Shown here piece by piece: positions 1 through 8,759 of a stretch of 64,000 nt of DNA (position 1 is the first letter of the stretch; each line of letters begins with the position of its first letter). Origin of the DNA: Longimicrobiales bacterium (lineage in GTDB: Bacteria; Gemmatimonadota; Gemmatimonadetes; Longimicrobiales; Gaopeijiaceae); the NCBI GenBank assembly GCA_965203485.1, contig OZ241892.1, forward strand, positions 2,496,001-2,560,000. The letters run 5' to 3'. The translations under genes were made by a program, and so were the position numbers. The notes beneath the pieces are model-generated. The model was given only the letters and a program-made list of their open reading frames with translations. It was not told the DNA's origin and did not search any database.

Positions 1-204
1 CTGTGAATCGAGAGCAGGCGATGGCCGAAGCGCTCGCTCGCCACGGGCAGGTGGCGCAGGGAGGCGCGGTCGTAGCGGCGGCAGGCGTGGCAGTCGCAGT
101 CCGGATCGACGGGTCGGCGGTCCAGGCGGAAGCGCGCGCCCTCAGGTTGATCTGGCCGTCCGAGAAGGTCCACGCCGTGCCGTGGCGGGCGTTGCGCGTG
201 GGCG
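1..204 (-). pseudogene. tgt: Degenerate partial copy of the tgt 3' region (runs off the window edge)
   Basis: Minus strand reads [20 protein letters not shown], then a 1-bp deletion near 141, then [46 protein letters not shown]. This is collinear with the intact tgt at 48284-48486. No start codon or 5' part. Confidence 0.9.
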
Positions 205-261
205 AAAGACCCGCGAAGAAAGAATTGGGGGGGCAGTTCCGTGCGGGCCGGCTGCTCTAGC

Positions 262-1494
262 TCAGCCGGTCTCTGGCCAGGGACGGCTGAGCGCACCCTT
301 GACGCGTTGCAGCAGGACGAATCCCACGACAAGCAAGGCCGCCACCACCAAGAAGCCCGGGCGCTGGTTGCCCTCGGCCATGAGCACGGCCAGTCCGAAG
401 AGGAACGGTCCGATCACCGACGACGACTTGCCGCAAAGGGCGTAGAAGCCGAACATCTCGCCTTCCTTGCCCCGCGGAATCAACGCGGCCATGGCGGCGC
501 GGCTCGCCGACTGCACGGAACCGAGCCCGAGGCCCGCCACGACGGCCAGCACGTAGAAGGCCGTTTGGCCCTCGATGAAGTATGCCGCGACGACGGCGAC
601 GATCCACAAAGGCAAGACGGCGTTCAACACCTTCTTGGGCCCGGCCCGGTCCGTCGGCTTGGCGAGCGCCAACGCGCCGACCAAGGCCGAGAACTGAAGG
701 ACCAGGAAGAGCACGATCGTCGCTTCGGTGGTGAAGCCGAAGGTGGCCGTGGCCACGATGGCCGCCATCGCGATGATCGTGTTGACGCCGTCGATGTAGA
801 AGAAGTACGCGAAGAAGAAGTTGCGAAGGTCCTTGAGCCTCCAGACCTCGGCGACGATGCGGGCAAAGTTGGTAACGCCCCACGCGGCCGCCTTGGCGAC
901 GCCCACCTCCCCGGGGCGGTCGGCGGGCAGCCAGCGAAACGACGGAATCGAGTTGAGCAGGAAGAATCCTGCGACCGAGAGCCACACGGCCCACATCAAG
1001 TCCCTCTGGACCAGCTGCACCGCGATGAGCAACCCCAGCGCCGAACCCAGGTAGCCGACGCCGAAGCCGAGTCCGGAAACCCACCCGCGCTTGTCGGGCG
1101 GCGCAATCTCGGGCAGGTAGGCGTTGTAGAAGACCAGGGCGCTCTCGAACCCGACGTTCGCGACGACGAACAGCAGAAAGCCGCGAAGAGCCATGCCCGC
1201 GTCCAGCGTGACCATTCCCACCACGCCCGCCAAGCAAATCCCGACGTAGATCATGAAGAAGCGCTTTCGCGCTCCGGCGCGGTCGGCGATCCCCCCTAGG
1301 AGCGGCGACGTGAACGCCACGATCAGCGCCGAAAGCGACACGGCCCTGCCCCACCACCAGTCGCCTTCGCCCGCCACGCCGGCCACCACGTGCTCGCGGT
1401 AGAAGATCGGGAAGACGGTGGCCACCATGACCGCCGGAAAGATCGAGTTGGCGAAGTCGAAGAGCGCCCAGGACCAGACGGTCCGCTGGTTCAT
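262..1494 (-). CDS. MFS transporter (UMF1/ATG22-like)
   Basis: Starts MNQRTVWSWALFDFANS; about 12 hydrophobic segments; MFS motifs GGIADRAGARKRF and EGEMFGFYALCGK. Confidence 0.9.
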   Translation of the reverse strand: MNQRTVWSWALFDFANSIFPAVMVATVFPIFYREHVVAGVAGEGDWWWGRAVSLSALIVAFTSPLLGGIADRAGARKRFFMIYVGICLAGVVGMVTLDAGMALRGFLLFVVANVGFESALVFYNAYLPEIAPPDKRGWVSGLGFGVGYLGSALGLLIAVQLVQRDLMWAVWLSVAGFFLLNSIPSFRWLPADRPGEVGVAKAAAWGVTNFARIVAEVWRLKDLRNFFFAYFFYIDGVNTIIAMAAIVATATFGFTTEATIVLFLVLQFSALVGALALAKPTDRAGPKKVLNAVLPLWIVAVVAAYFIEGQTAFYVLAVVAGLGLGSVQSASRAAMAALIPRGKEGEMFGFYALCGKSSSVIGPFLFGLAVLMAEGNQRPGFLVVAALLVVGFVLLQRVKGALSRPWPETG

Positions 1495-1562
1495 CGGCGT
1501 CGGCGTGGGCGGGTCCGGGGACAAGTCGGCGCTCCGGCGGGGGGCTCGGTGGAAGGCGGGAA

Positions 1563-1738
1563 AGCGGGCTCCGGCCTGCAAGCTACGGCGCCCGCAGGAG
1601 CGATGCCGGGTCTCGGGCGCAAACGGTGGACGCGACACCAGCGGGCTCCGGCCCGCAAAGCTACGGCGTTCGCGCGGGAGATGCCGGGTCTCCGGACGCA
1701 ATGTGGGGCGCGACATGAGCGGCTCCGGCCCGCACGCT
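1563..1738. repeat. Imperfect tandem repeat, ~78-bp unit, ~2.3 copies
   Basis: Units start agcgggctccggcc at 1563 and 1640, with a partial agcggctccggcc at 1718. The first two share caagctacggcg/caaagctacggcg, gatgccgggtctc and cgcgaca. Confidence 0.8.
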
Positions 1739-1837
1739 GGAGCGCCGGGGCGCGTGAAGCGCTGTCGCGCGGAGGCGCCGCCGACCGTGGGCGGCCCGCT
1801 CGAAGCGGCCGGGCGGCGGCGATCCGTCGGCCGGCGA

Positions 1838-2140
1838 TCAGGCCCAGTCGTCCTTTTCCCTCGGCAGGGCCTTGTTGTCGCGAGCGTCCCTTGCGCCCAG
1901 CGCCGTGCCGGCCCCGACCGCCACGCCCAGGAACACCGCCGAACCTGCGCCGACCAGCGGCAGGACCGCCACGACGGGCGCCACCGCCGCCGCCGTGGCC
2001 ACGCCCGCCAAGACCCCCAAGCGGCCGGGCCGCTTCACGAACTTGGTGAAGCGAAGGCGCCTGCGCACGAAGTCCTTCGACTTGACGTGCCCGAACAAGC
2101 CGGCAATGGCGACCAGTCCCGCCCCGATCAGTTCCGTCAT
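1838..2140 (-). CDS. Small hypothetical membrane protein
   Basis: 100-aa ORF with hydrophobic segments, GC3-biased codons and AGGAG just upstream of the ATG. Confidence 0.75.
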   Translation of the reverse strand: MTELIGAGLVAIAGLFGHVKSKDFVRRRLRFTKFVKRPGRLGVLAGVATAAAVAPVVAVLPLVGAGSAVFLGVAVGAGTALGARDARDNKALPREKDDWA

Positions 2141-2251
2141 GATTGCGTCTCCTGTCGTTTGTCGGCTCGCGCGCGGGCGCGCGGCGCGTCCTCAAAGCTA
2201 CGGCGCCGGAAGCCGGCCGGTTTCCCTTCGGCCCCGAAGCGCCCGTGCCGC

Positions 2252-2764
2252 TCAGCTGGGCCGTCCCATCTCCATCCAGGCGCGCGTCACCAGCGTCGAC
2301 ACGTCCTGAAGCGCGAAGAGCGACGCCGAGTCCAGCTTGCGGCTGATGTCGGGACCGACGAGACGGCGCAGGAACCGCAACGGCTCGTCGAAGTCCGCGT
2401 CGAACAGCGCGTGCGGACCGCGGTTCAGGTTCTCCAGGATGCGCAGCGCCAGATAGGTGTCGTCCAGGAGGCCCGCCATGCCCTGGGTCATCTCGGGGAT
2501 GAGATCGGCGGGGTCCACGAAATAGCGGGCGGCCTGCTCCAACAGCGGCATCACGACCACCTTCAAGTGGCGCTCCTCCGCCGCCTGGGCCGCCCGGGCC
2601 AGCAGCACGGGCACCGTCTCGACGACTTCAATCGCCACGGACATCGCCTCGTCCACCTGCTCGTCGGTGGCCTTCGGCGCCATCTCGCGCACGAACGCCT
2701 CCAGTTGCCCGCTGTCGCGAGCCTTGGCGCTCTCTATCACCGCGCGCACGTCGTCCAGGTTCAC
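2252..2764 (-). CDS. DUF1232/YkvA-family protein
   Basis: Motif YFVDPADLIPE...GLLDD. The GTG start overlaps the upstream TGA (GTGA). Confidence 0.75.
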   Translation of the reverse strand: MNLDDVRAVIESAKARDSGQLEAFVREMAPKATDEQVDEAMSVAIEVVETVPVLLARAAQAAEERHLKVVVMPLLEQAARYFVDPADLIPEMTQGMAGLLDDTYLALRILENLNRGPHALFDADFDEPLRFLRRLVGPDISRKLDSASLFALQDVSTLVTRAWMEMGRPS

Positions 2765-4800
2765 CGGGCGCGTCCCGCCGTCTCCGCTCGGTTGCCCCGC
2801 CGTCCTCCGCCCGCGCGCAGGTACGCCACGACCCCGCCGCCGGTTCCTCCGGCGATCAAGTCCATGCGGCCGTCCCCGTCGATGTCCCCGAAGGCGGGAG
2901 CCGCGAAGCCGGCGACCGACGGTCCGAGCAGTCCGGCCTCGACAAACACCGGTTCCGGGCGCGAACCGTCGTTCAGGTAGACGTGCAATCCGCCCGCTTC
3001 CGCGCCGACAACCAAGTCCGCGTCGCCGTCCATGTCCACGTCGACGACGGCGGGCACGCTTCGCCGGCCGGGATCGATTTCCTGGAACTCGTCCGACACC
3101 AGCTGGAACGCTGGCCCGGCCGGGCCGCCGTCGTTGCGGTAGAAGTTGAGCGCGCCCGACGACTCGCCGACGAAGAGGTCCAGGTCGCCGTCGCCGTCCA
3201 CGTCGGCCAGCGCGGGCGTGGCGTTGCGCCCCCGGGTGAGGGTGACGATCGCCGAGTCGACGAGGGTGAGCGCGGGCATCGGCGTCCCGGTCCCGCGGCC
3301 GTCGTTGCGGTAGAAGGCGATGCGGTCGCGCCAGGAGCCCAGGAGCATGTCGAGGTCGCCGTCGCCGTCCAGGTCGCCGAACGAAGGGGCGTAGTGGTAG
3401 CCGGCGGGCAGTCCGGGGACGGCGCCGCGGGCGGCGAACGCCGGAGACGCGGGGCCGCCGGTGTTCTCGAAGAGGAAGAGGCGGCCGCTGCTGGCGTCGC
3501 CGGGCTCGATCTTGTTGGACAGGAGCAGGTCGAGGTCGCCGTCGCCGTCCAAGTCGGAGAGCGCGGGGTACGACTCGCTGCCGACGTCGAGCGTGCGGAT
3601 CAGCCGGGAGGTGGCGTGGTCGAAGCCGTCGCGGCGCTGCGTGAACAGGTGGAGGTTCTCGACCGTGGTGTTGTTCGGGTTGAAGGCGCCGCCCAGCACG
3701 CCCATGACCAAGTCCAGGTCGCCGTCCTGGTCGATGTCGCCCAGCGCGGGGGCGTTGTAGCCCGACGTGCTGACGGGATCGCCGGGCGGGAACGGGCGCG
3801 GCGCGCCGCGAAGCGACGGATGGGCGCAGGTGCCCGTGTTCTCGATGAAGAGAAGCCCTGCCTCGAAGAAGTCGCCCCAGTACAGGTCGGGATCGCCGTC
3901 GCCGTCCACGTCGCCCAGCGCCATCGTGTTGGCCCCGTGCCTGCTGCCGCCCTGGAGCGCCGCGACGATCTCGATGTCCTCGAAGGCGTCGGTTGCGTGC
4001 TCGAAGCGCGGAGCCCCCTGCCGGGGCGTGGTCCCGGCGGCCTCGTAGCGCGTGATGGTTCCCGTCAGGCGTCCGATGAGCAAGTCGACGCGGTCGTCGC
4101 AGTCGATGTCGGCGGCGTTGGGGATGTTCTGGCGGTCGGAGAAGATGGGCTCGCCGTCCACGTCGCGGAGCGTGTCGGCCGCGAGCACGAACGCCGAAGC
4201 CAGGGGGCCGCCGTCGTTGCGGTAGTAGCGGATGTAGCTGAAGGGAGATTCGGCCAGAAGGTCCAAGTCCCCGTCCAGGTCCAAGTCGGCGAGCCGAAAC
4301 CACTCGCCCACGGGGAGTTCGCCCAGCCAGTCGGTGACCCAGCGGTAGCGGGCTCCGCCGTCGGCGCCCGTGTTCTCGAAGTACATGACCCGGTTGGACG
4401 CCTCCTGGATGAAGAGGTCGGCGTCGCCGTCAGCGTCGGCGTCGGCCAGTTGCGGGCGCGGCACGTTGAAGCCGCCCAGGAATGGATGGTCCAGCGGGAC
4501 GCCGGCTTCGTCGACCACGGACACCTCGTAGGCGACGCGCCGCCATCCCGACTCGGCCGGCGAGGGGCCGGGGGCGGGCGACGAAGGGCCGCAACCGGAA
4601 CAGAGGACGACGGCCGCGGGCGCCAAGGATCCCGGCCGCAATCCGGGACGAAGGGGCCGTGGCCCGTTCGCCGCCGCAAGCGTCGCGGGCCGGGTGGACC
4701 TCGTTCGCCGGCTGCGCCGAAAGAGCCGCGCCCGAATCGTCGCCGCGACGGCGCCTGGCCGGCGCCGCGGCCGCGGGCGGGCGGGGGCCGTGGCCCGCAC
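2761..4800 (-). CDS. FG-GAP/VCBS-repeat beta-propeller protein, probable lipoprotein (start uncertain)
   Basis: About ten DxDGDGDxDL Ca-binding repeats. The hydrophobic stretch ends in LCSGC (lipobox-like). Confidence 0.85.
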   Translation of the reverse strand: MRATAPARPRPRRRPGAVAATIRARLFRRSRRTRSTRPATLAAANGPRPLRPGLRPGSLAPAAVVLCSGCGPSSPAPGPSPAESGWRRVAYEVSVVDEAGVPLDHPFLGGFNVPRPQLADADADGDADLFIQEASNRVMYFENTGADGGARYRWVTDWLGELPVGEWFRLADLDLDGDLDLLAESPFSYIRYYRNDGGPLASAFVLAADTLRDVDGEPIFSDRQNIPNAADIDCDDRVDLLIGRLTGTITRYEAAGTTPRQGAPRFEHATDAFEDIEIVAALQGGSRHGANTMALGDVDGDGDPDLYWGDFFEAGLLFIENTGTCAHPSLRGAPRPFPPGDPVSTSGYNAPALGDIDQDGDLDLVMGVLGGAFNPNNTTVENLHLFTQRRDGFDHATSRLIRTLDVGSESYPALSDLDGDGDLDLLLSNKIEPGDASSGRLFLFENTGGPASPAFAARGAVPGLPAGYHYAPSFGDLDGDGDLDMLLGSWRDRIAFYRNDGRGTGTPMPALTLVDSAIVTLTRGRNATPALADVDGDGDLDLFVGESSGALNFYRNDGGPAGPAFQLVSDEFQEIDPGRRSVPAVVDVDMDGDADLVVGAEAGGLHVYLNDGSRPEPVFVEAGLLGPSVAGFAAPAFGDIDGDGRMDLIAGGTGGGVVAYLRAGGGRRGNRAETAGRAR

Positions 4801-4804
4801 GAGA

Positions 4805-5959
4805 TCAGCGAGCCGGGCCGATGGAGATGCCCGCGGGATAGGCCCCTACTTCGATCGTCTGCACGACCTCCAGCGTGTTGGTGTCGATCTTGACCAGGGT
4901 GCCCACGTCGGAGTTGCGGACGACGGGGCGGCGCGGAACGTAGGCGCCCTTCAAGTTCCGGTTGGACACGAAGAGGTAGCGGCCGTCGGCCGTGACCGCG
5001 CTGCCGTGCGGCTCGACGATTCCCGGCGCGGCGATGCTGCCCTCGACCGTCCAGGTGTCCGCATCCACGACGACCACCGCGTCGTCGTCCTTCGCGCCGA
5101 AGTAGACGCGCGATCCGTCGGGCGAGAAGACCGGGTGCCACGGCTGCGTTCCCACGTCCAGCTCGTGGAGCAAGCGCGCGTTCTCGGCGTCGAACACGAG
5201 CAGCTTGCCGGTGAGCTGGGCGGTGGCCACGAGGCGGCTGCCGTCCGGCGACAGCGCGAACTGCACGAACGTGTGGGCGGGCCCCTCGACGTCGACCAGC
5301 TCCAGCTCGCCCGACCGGGCTTCCACGACCGCCATCCGGTTCTCGACGAGCGAAGCGGCGAAGATTCGGCCGCGGCCGCCGTCCACCACCAGCGCGTGGG
5401 GCCGCGGGAAGAACACGTCGATCTCCTCGATGCTCATCCGGCGCCGGTCGACGGCCCCGATCCGCTGCGGCGGACTGACCGCCATCATGGACCGGCCCAC
5501 GTAGAGCAAGTCGGACGCCGGATCGACGGCCAGCAACCCTGGCGTTTCGAAGGGCACGCGGCCGGCCGGCTCGTTGTCCGACGTGAAGCGCAGGACGTGC
5601 CCGCCTCCGATCAGCGACACGTACCAATGGCTGCCGTCGGGCTCCACCGCCGTGTGGTGCGGCCGCGAATTGGCGTCGAACCCCAGATCGGCCAATTCCA
5701 CCGTCTGCAGGACGGCGCCCGACTCCACGTCCACGACCGAGACGCTCGCGCCCGCCTGGTTCGCCACGTAGACGCGCTCGGCCGCCCCTTGCTGCACCGC
5801 CATGGCCTCGCCCGGCCAGCCCGCCGCGACGCCGAACGCCGCAAGCAACCCCGCGACCGACCGCGACGCGCCACCGGCCGCCCTGGCCGCCCGTCCCGGC
5901 TGCCGCCGGCCGCCGCCGCGACGCCGGAGTCGGATCGACTTCCCCGCCCGTCCCGTCAT
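4805..5959 (-). CDS. YncE/YVTN-family beta-propeller, secreted
   Basis: RVYVANQ, PDGSHWYVS, SPDGSRVY, ADGRYLFVSN and EVGAYPAGI blades; signal-like segment; ATGA overlap with the upstream gene. Confidence 0.85.
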   Translation of the reverse strand: MTGRAGKSIRLRRRGGGRRQPGRAARAAGGASRSVAGLLAAFGVAAGWPGEAMAVQQGAAERVYVANQAGASVSVVDVESGAVLQTVELADLGFDANSRPHHTAVEPDGSHWYVSLIGGGHVLRFTSDNEPAGRVPFETPGLLAVDPASDLLYVGRSMMAVSPPQRIGAVDRRRMSIEEIDVFFPRPHALVVDGGRGRIFAASLVENRMAVVEARSGELELVDVEGPAHTFVQFALSPDGSRLVATAQLTGKLLVFDAENARLLHELDVGTQPWHPVFSPDGSRVYFGAKDDDAVVVVDADTWTVEGSIAAPGIVEPHGSAVTADGRYLFVSNRNLKGAYVPRRPVVRNSDVGTLVKIDTNTLEVVQTIEVGAYPAGISIGPAR

Positions 5960-7770
5960 TTCGCCTTGCCCAGGTCTTCGGCCAGAGCCTGGCGGGCTTG
6001 GCCCACCAGATGCGCCACCTTGTTCGCCTGCCGCTGCAGCTCGGAGAGCACGAAGGGCATGCGTTCCGGATCGGATTCCTCCATGGCGGGCACCTCCAAG
6101 GCGCTGGCAAGCTTCGGCAACGGCCGCAACGGCAACGCCGGATCGTGCTCGAACCGGTCGCCCAAGGAGTAGTTCAGGGGCACGAGCGCGCGGCCCAGCC
6201 GCAACAGCGCCGCATTGATGCGAGCCGGATCGCCAGCGCCCTTCCTGATCCGCTGGTACAGCGCGTCGATCCGCTGGACGATCGCGTTGAACTCCATCCG
6301 CAACGGCTTGAGGTTGAGCCGCTTGCCCAAGGCCGCCTCGTACTCTGCGAGCGCCTCGTCCAGCTCCTTTGCGGTCTCGCGAAAGTCCAGCGGCAAGACC
6401 TCGTCGGTGAGGAAGCGCCCGATCGCATGGGAGTACACCTTGAGGTCGCGCACCAAGTTGTCGCGGTCGGCTACGTTGATGCGGTCCTTTTCGGTGTGCC
6501 ATGCGATGTTGCCGCCGCATCCGCCCACCGGGTAGAAGCCCAGCCGGGCCCGCTCGTCCGCCGGAATGTTCGAGAGCAGCATGAAGAACGACGACAGCCC
6601 CAGCTGGTTGAACGAGTAGTCGCCCGCCCGGGACGGCCTTCGGCGGACCGGGTTCTTCTTCGTGACGGCCTTGATCGCGCTCTTGCAGACGGCGCCCGTT
6701 TCCGCCATCCACGCCACTTCGTCGTACTCGGTCGCCCGCCAGCAACCCGGCGAATCCACGTTGACGGTCGCCACGCAGTAGCGCGACAGGTCGATCGCGA
6801 AGCGGTCCGCGAACCACGCCGATCCGCCGTAGCGGCCCGTCGAATGGCCGGGCCACCAGGCCACCTTGAGCGAGCGGCGGAGAAGCGCCCTGTTCTCGTG
6901 GAACACCCGCGCCAGCTCCAGCAGCGTCGCGTCGCCCACGGCGTTGTCGCCGATGCCCACGTCCCACGAGTCGTAGTGGCCGTGCGCGAGGACGTATTCC
7001 TCCTCCTGTCCGTGGACGTGCGCGACCGGAAGAAGGCACGGATACCAGGCCTCGTCGAGCCTCGCGTGCACGGTCACGCTCTCAAGGCCGTCGCCCAAGG
7101 CCGCGAGAAGAGCGTCGCCGTCGGGACGGTTGATCGCCGCGATCGCCGTCTTCGGCAGGTCCGCGCGCTGGGAGTCCCCGGGCGTGCCCCAAACGGTCGT
7201 GCAGGCGCCCCAGTGGACCCGGCTGCCGGGATTGACGTACACCTGGGCGAGCGCTCCCGCCTGTTCGAGCCGAGCGACCGACGACGACGACGGAAAGCCC
7301 TCCACCACCGCGATCTTGCCGACCAAGTCGGGGAGCTGCTCGGGGCCCTCCTCGTCGACGGGGCCGGCTGCTCCCTCGGCGGCGGCGGCCGGCACGTGGA
7401 CCGCGGGCGCCGACACGCCCTCCTGGGGCGTGGATCGCGAAAACGAGGGCGGCTTGGCCTCGAAGCGGAGATCGCCCGCCTCCACGGCGCCCTCGCGCGG
7501 AATCGACAGATAGAGTTCCGGCTCGTGGACCTCGTGCGGGATGCCCAGCGTCTCCAGGCGCGAGGCGATGAAGCGCGCCGCCGTCCGCTCGTCGAGGGAG
7601 CCCGATTCGCGGACGAGGATCGAGAAGCGCTCGATCAGGCTCCAGCCGAGATCGAAGGACGCCGCGGCCTCGAACGCCTCGATGGGGCTCTGTTCTTCCG
7701 CTCCCGTCTTCTCGGCTTCGGCCTTGGCCTTGGCTTTGGCCCTTGGCGCGACGGCGTTGGCCTTAGCCAC
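5956..7770 (-). CDS. M28-family peptidase with PA domain
   Basis: HGHYDSW, GIGDNAVG, NVDSPG and WHTEKD zinc-peptidase motifs; PA-like GKIAVV segment. Confidence 0.85.
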   Translation of the reverse strand: MAKANAVAPRAKAKAKAEAEKTGAEEQSPIEAFEAAASFDLGWSLIERFSILVRESGSLDERTAARFIASRLETLGIPHEVHEPELYLSIPREGAVEAGDLRFEAKPPSFSRSTPQEGVSAPAVHVPAAAAEGAAGPVDEEGPEQLPDLVGKIAVVEGFPSSSSVARLEQAGALAQVYVNPGSRVHWGACTTVWGTPGDSQRADLPKTAIAAINRPDGDALLAALGDGLESVTVHARLDEAWYPCLLPVAHVHGQEEEYVLAHGHYDSWDVGIGDNAVGDATLLELARVFHENRALLRRSLKVAWWPGHSTGRYGGSAWFADRFAIDLSRYCVATVNVDSPGCWRATEYDEVAWMAETGAVCKSAIKAVTKKNPVRRRPSRAGDYSFNQLGLSSFFMLLSNIPADERARLGFYPVGGCGGNIAWHTEKDRINVADRDNLVRDLKVYSHAIGRFLTDEVLPLDFRETAKELDEALAEYEAALGKRLNLKPLRMEFNAIVQRIDALYQRIRKGAGDPARINAALLRLGRALVPLNYSLGDRFEHDPALPLRPLPKLASALEVPAMEESDPERMPFVLSELQRQANKVAHLVGQARQALAEDLGKAK

Positions 7771-7893
7771 GGGTTGCCGGCCTCGAACGCGGCGCCCGCG
7801 TCGTCCGTCTTGCCGCCGTCAGCGTCCTTCCACCCTGCCGCCGGGCGCGACGGCGGACCTCGCGGCCCAACTCCCTTGTCCGCCCTCGGGGCG

Positions 7894-8496
7894 TCATGGT
7901 CTCCCGCCCAGTTCCGAAATGTGGTACTGGACGACCTTCCAGGCGCCGTCCGCGCGCACGCGCGTGTCGGAGTAGCGCCACGTGCCGCCGATTGCGCCGG
8001 CCCCGCCGGGCAGGTTGATCGCCCCCTCGAGGTAGGCGACCGTCACGGCGGCCCCATCGTGAACGCGCACGTCCACGTCGCGGATGGAAACATCCGCCGT
8101 CAGGCCCGCTTCGAACGCCATGCGCAGGGCCGCTGCGTCGAAGCCGCGGGCCAGCGGCGCACCGTCCAAGAAGAATCCACGGACGTCCGCGTGGTACTGA
8201 GCCGCGAAGGCGTCGAAGTCCCCCGCCGACCAAGCCGCGACGGTGGCTTCAAGGGCCGCGCGCACTTCGGCTTCGGCGTCCTGCGCGCCCAGTGCGCCAG
8301 CGGACGGCGCGGACGGAACGTTGGGCGGCGTCCACTCCGGCGCGGGCGCATCGAACGGCGGTCCATCGCCTCGGACGCGATCTTCGTCGGCGGCGCTCGC
8401 CCAGGTCGCGGCCAAGCCGACCGCCGGAAGCGTCATCGTCAGGATCGCCCCGACGGTTCGCCTGCGGACTCGAAGTCCTGCTCCAGAACCAACCAC
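7894..8496 (-). CDS. NTF2/SnoaL-like (DUF4440) secreted protein
   Basis: AAWSAGDFDAFAAQY...DGAWKVVQYHIS. GTG preceded by AAAGGAG. Confidence 0.8.
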   Translation of the reverse strand: MVGSGAGLRVRRRTVGAILTMTLPAVGLAATWASAADEDRVRGDGPPFDAPAPEWTPPNVPSAPSAGALGAQDAEAEVRAALEATVAAWSAGDFDAFAAQYHADVRGFFLDGAPLARGFDAAALRMAFEAGLTADVSIRDVDVRVHDGAAVTVAYLEGAINLPGGAGAIGGTWRYSDTRVRADGAWKVVQYHISELGGRP

Positions 8497-8759
8497 GTTC
8501 CCTCTCCTTTTTCGCGTCTGTGTCGTGTCGCGGCTCCGTCGGCGCCCCCGGGTGCGAGGGGCGCTGCAGGCTCTGGAGCGTCGCTCCGGCCGTCGCAGTT
8601 CCATAAGATAAGCTTGCGGTGCAACTGCGACCGTTCGCCTGCGGGCCACGCGGCCAACCCAGCGGCCCGCGACCGTTCCGGCCGACGGGGAGCGATCGTC
8701 CGGCAATCGCTGCGGGACAACGCTCCGAGCCGCGCCGCGACGGCCCCTTGCTCCGCCGG

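Noticed and set aside
1563..1738. Possible CRISPR array (also 15397-15512)
   Set aside because: Only 2-3 degenerate units, similarity spans the whole unit with no unique spacers, and no cas genes are present.
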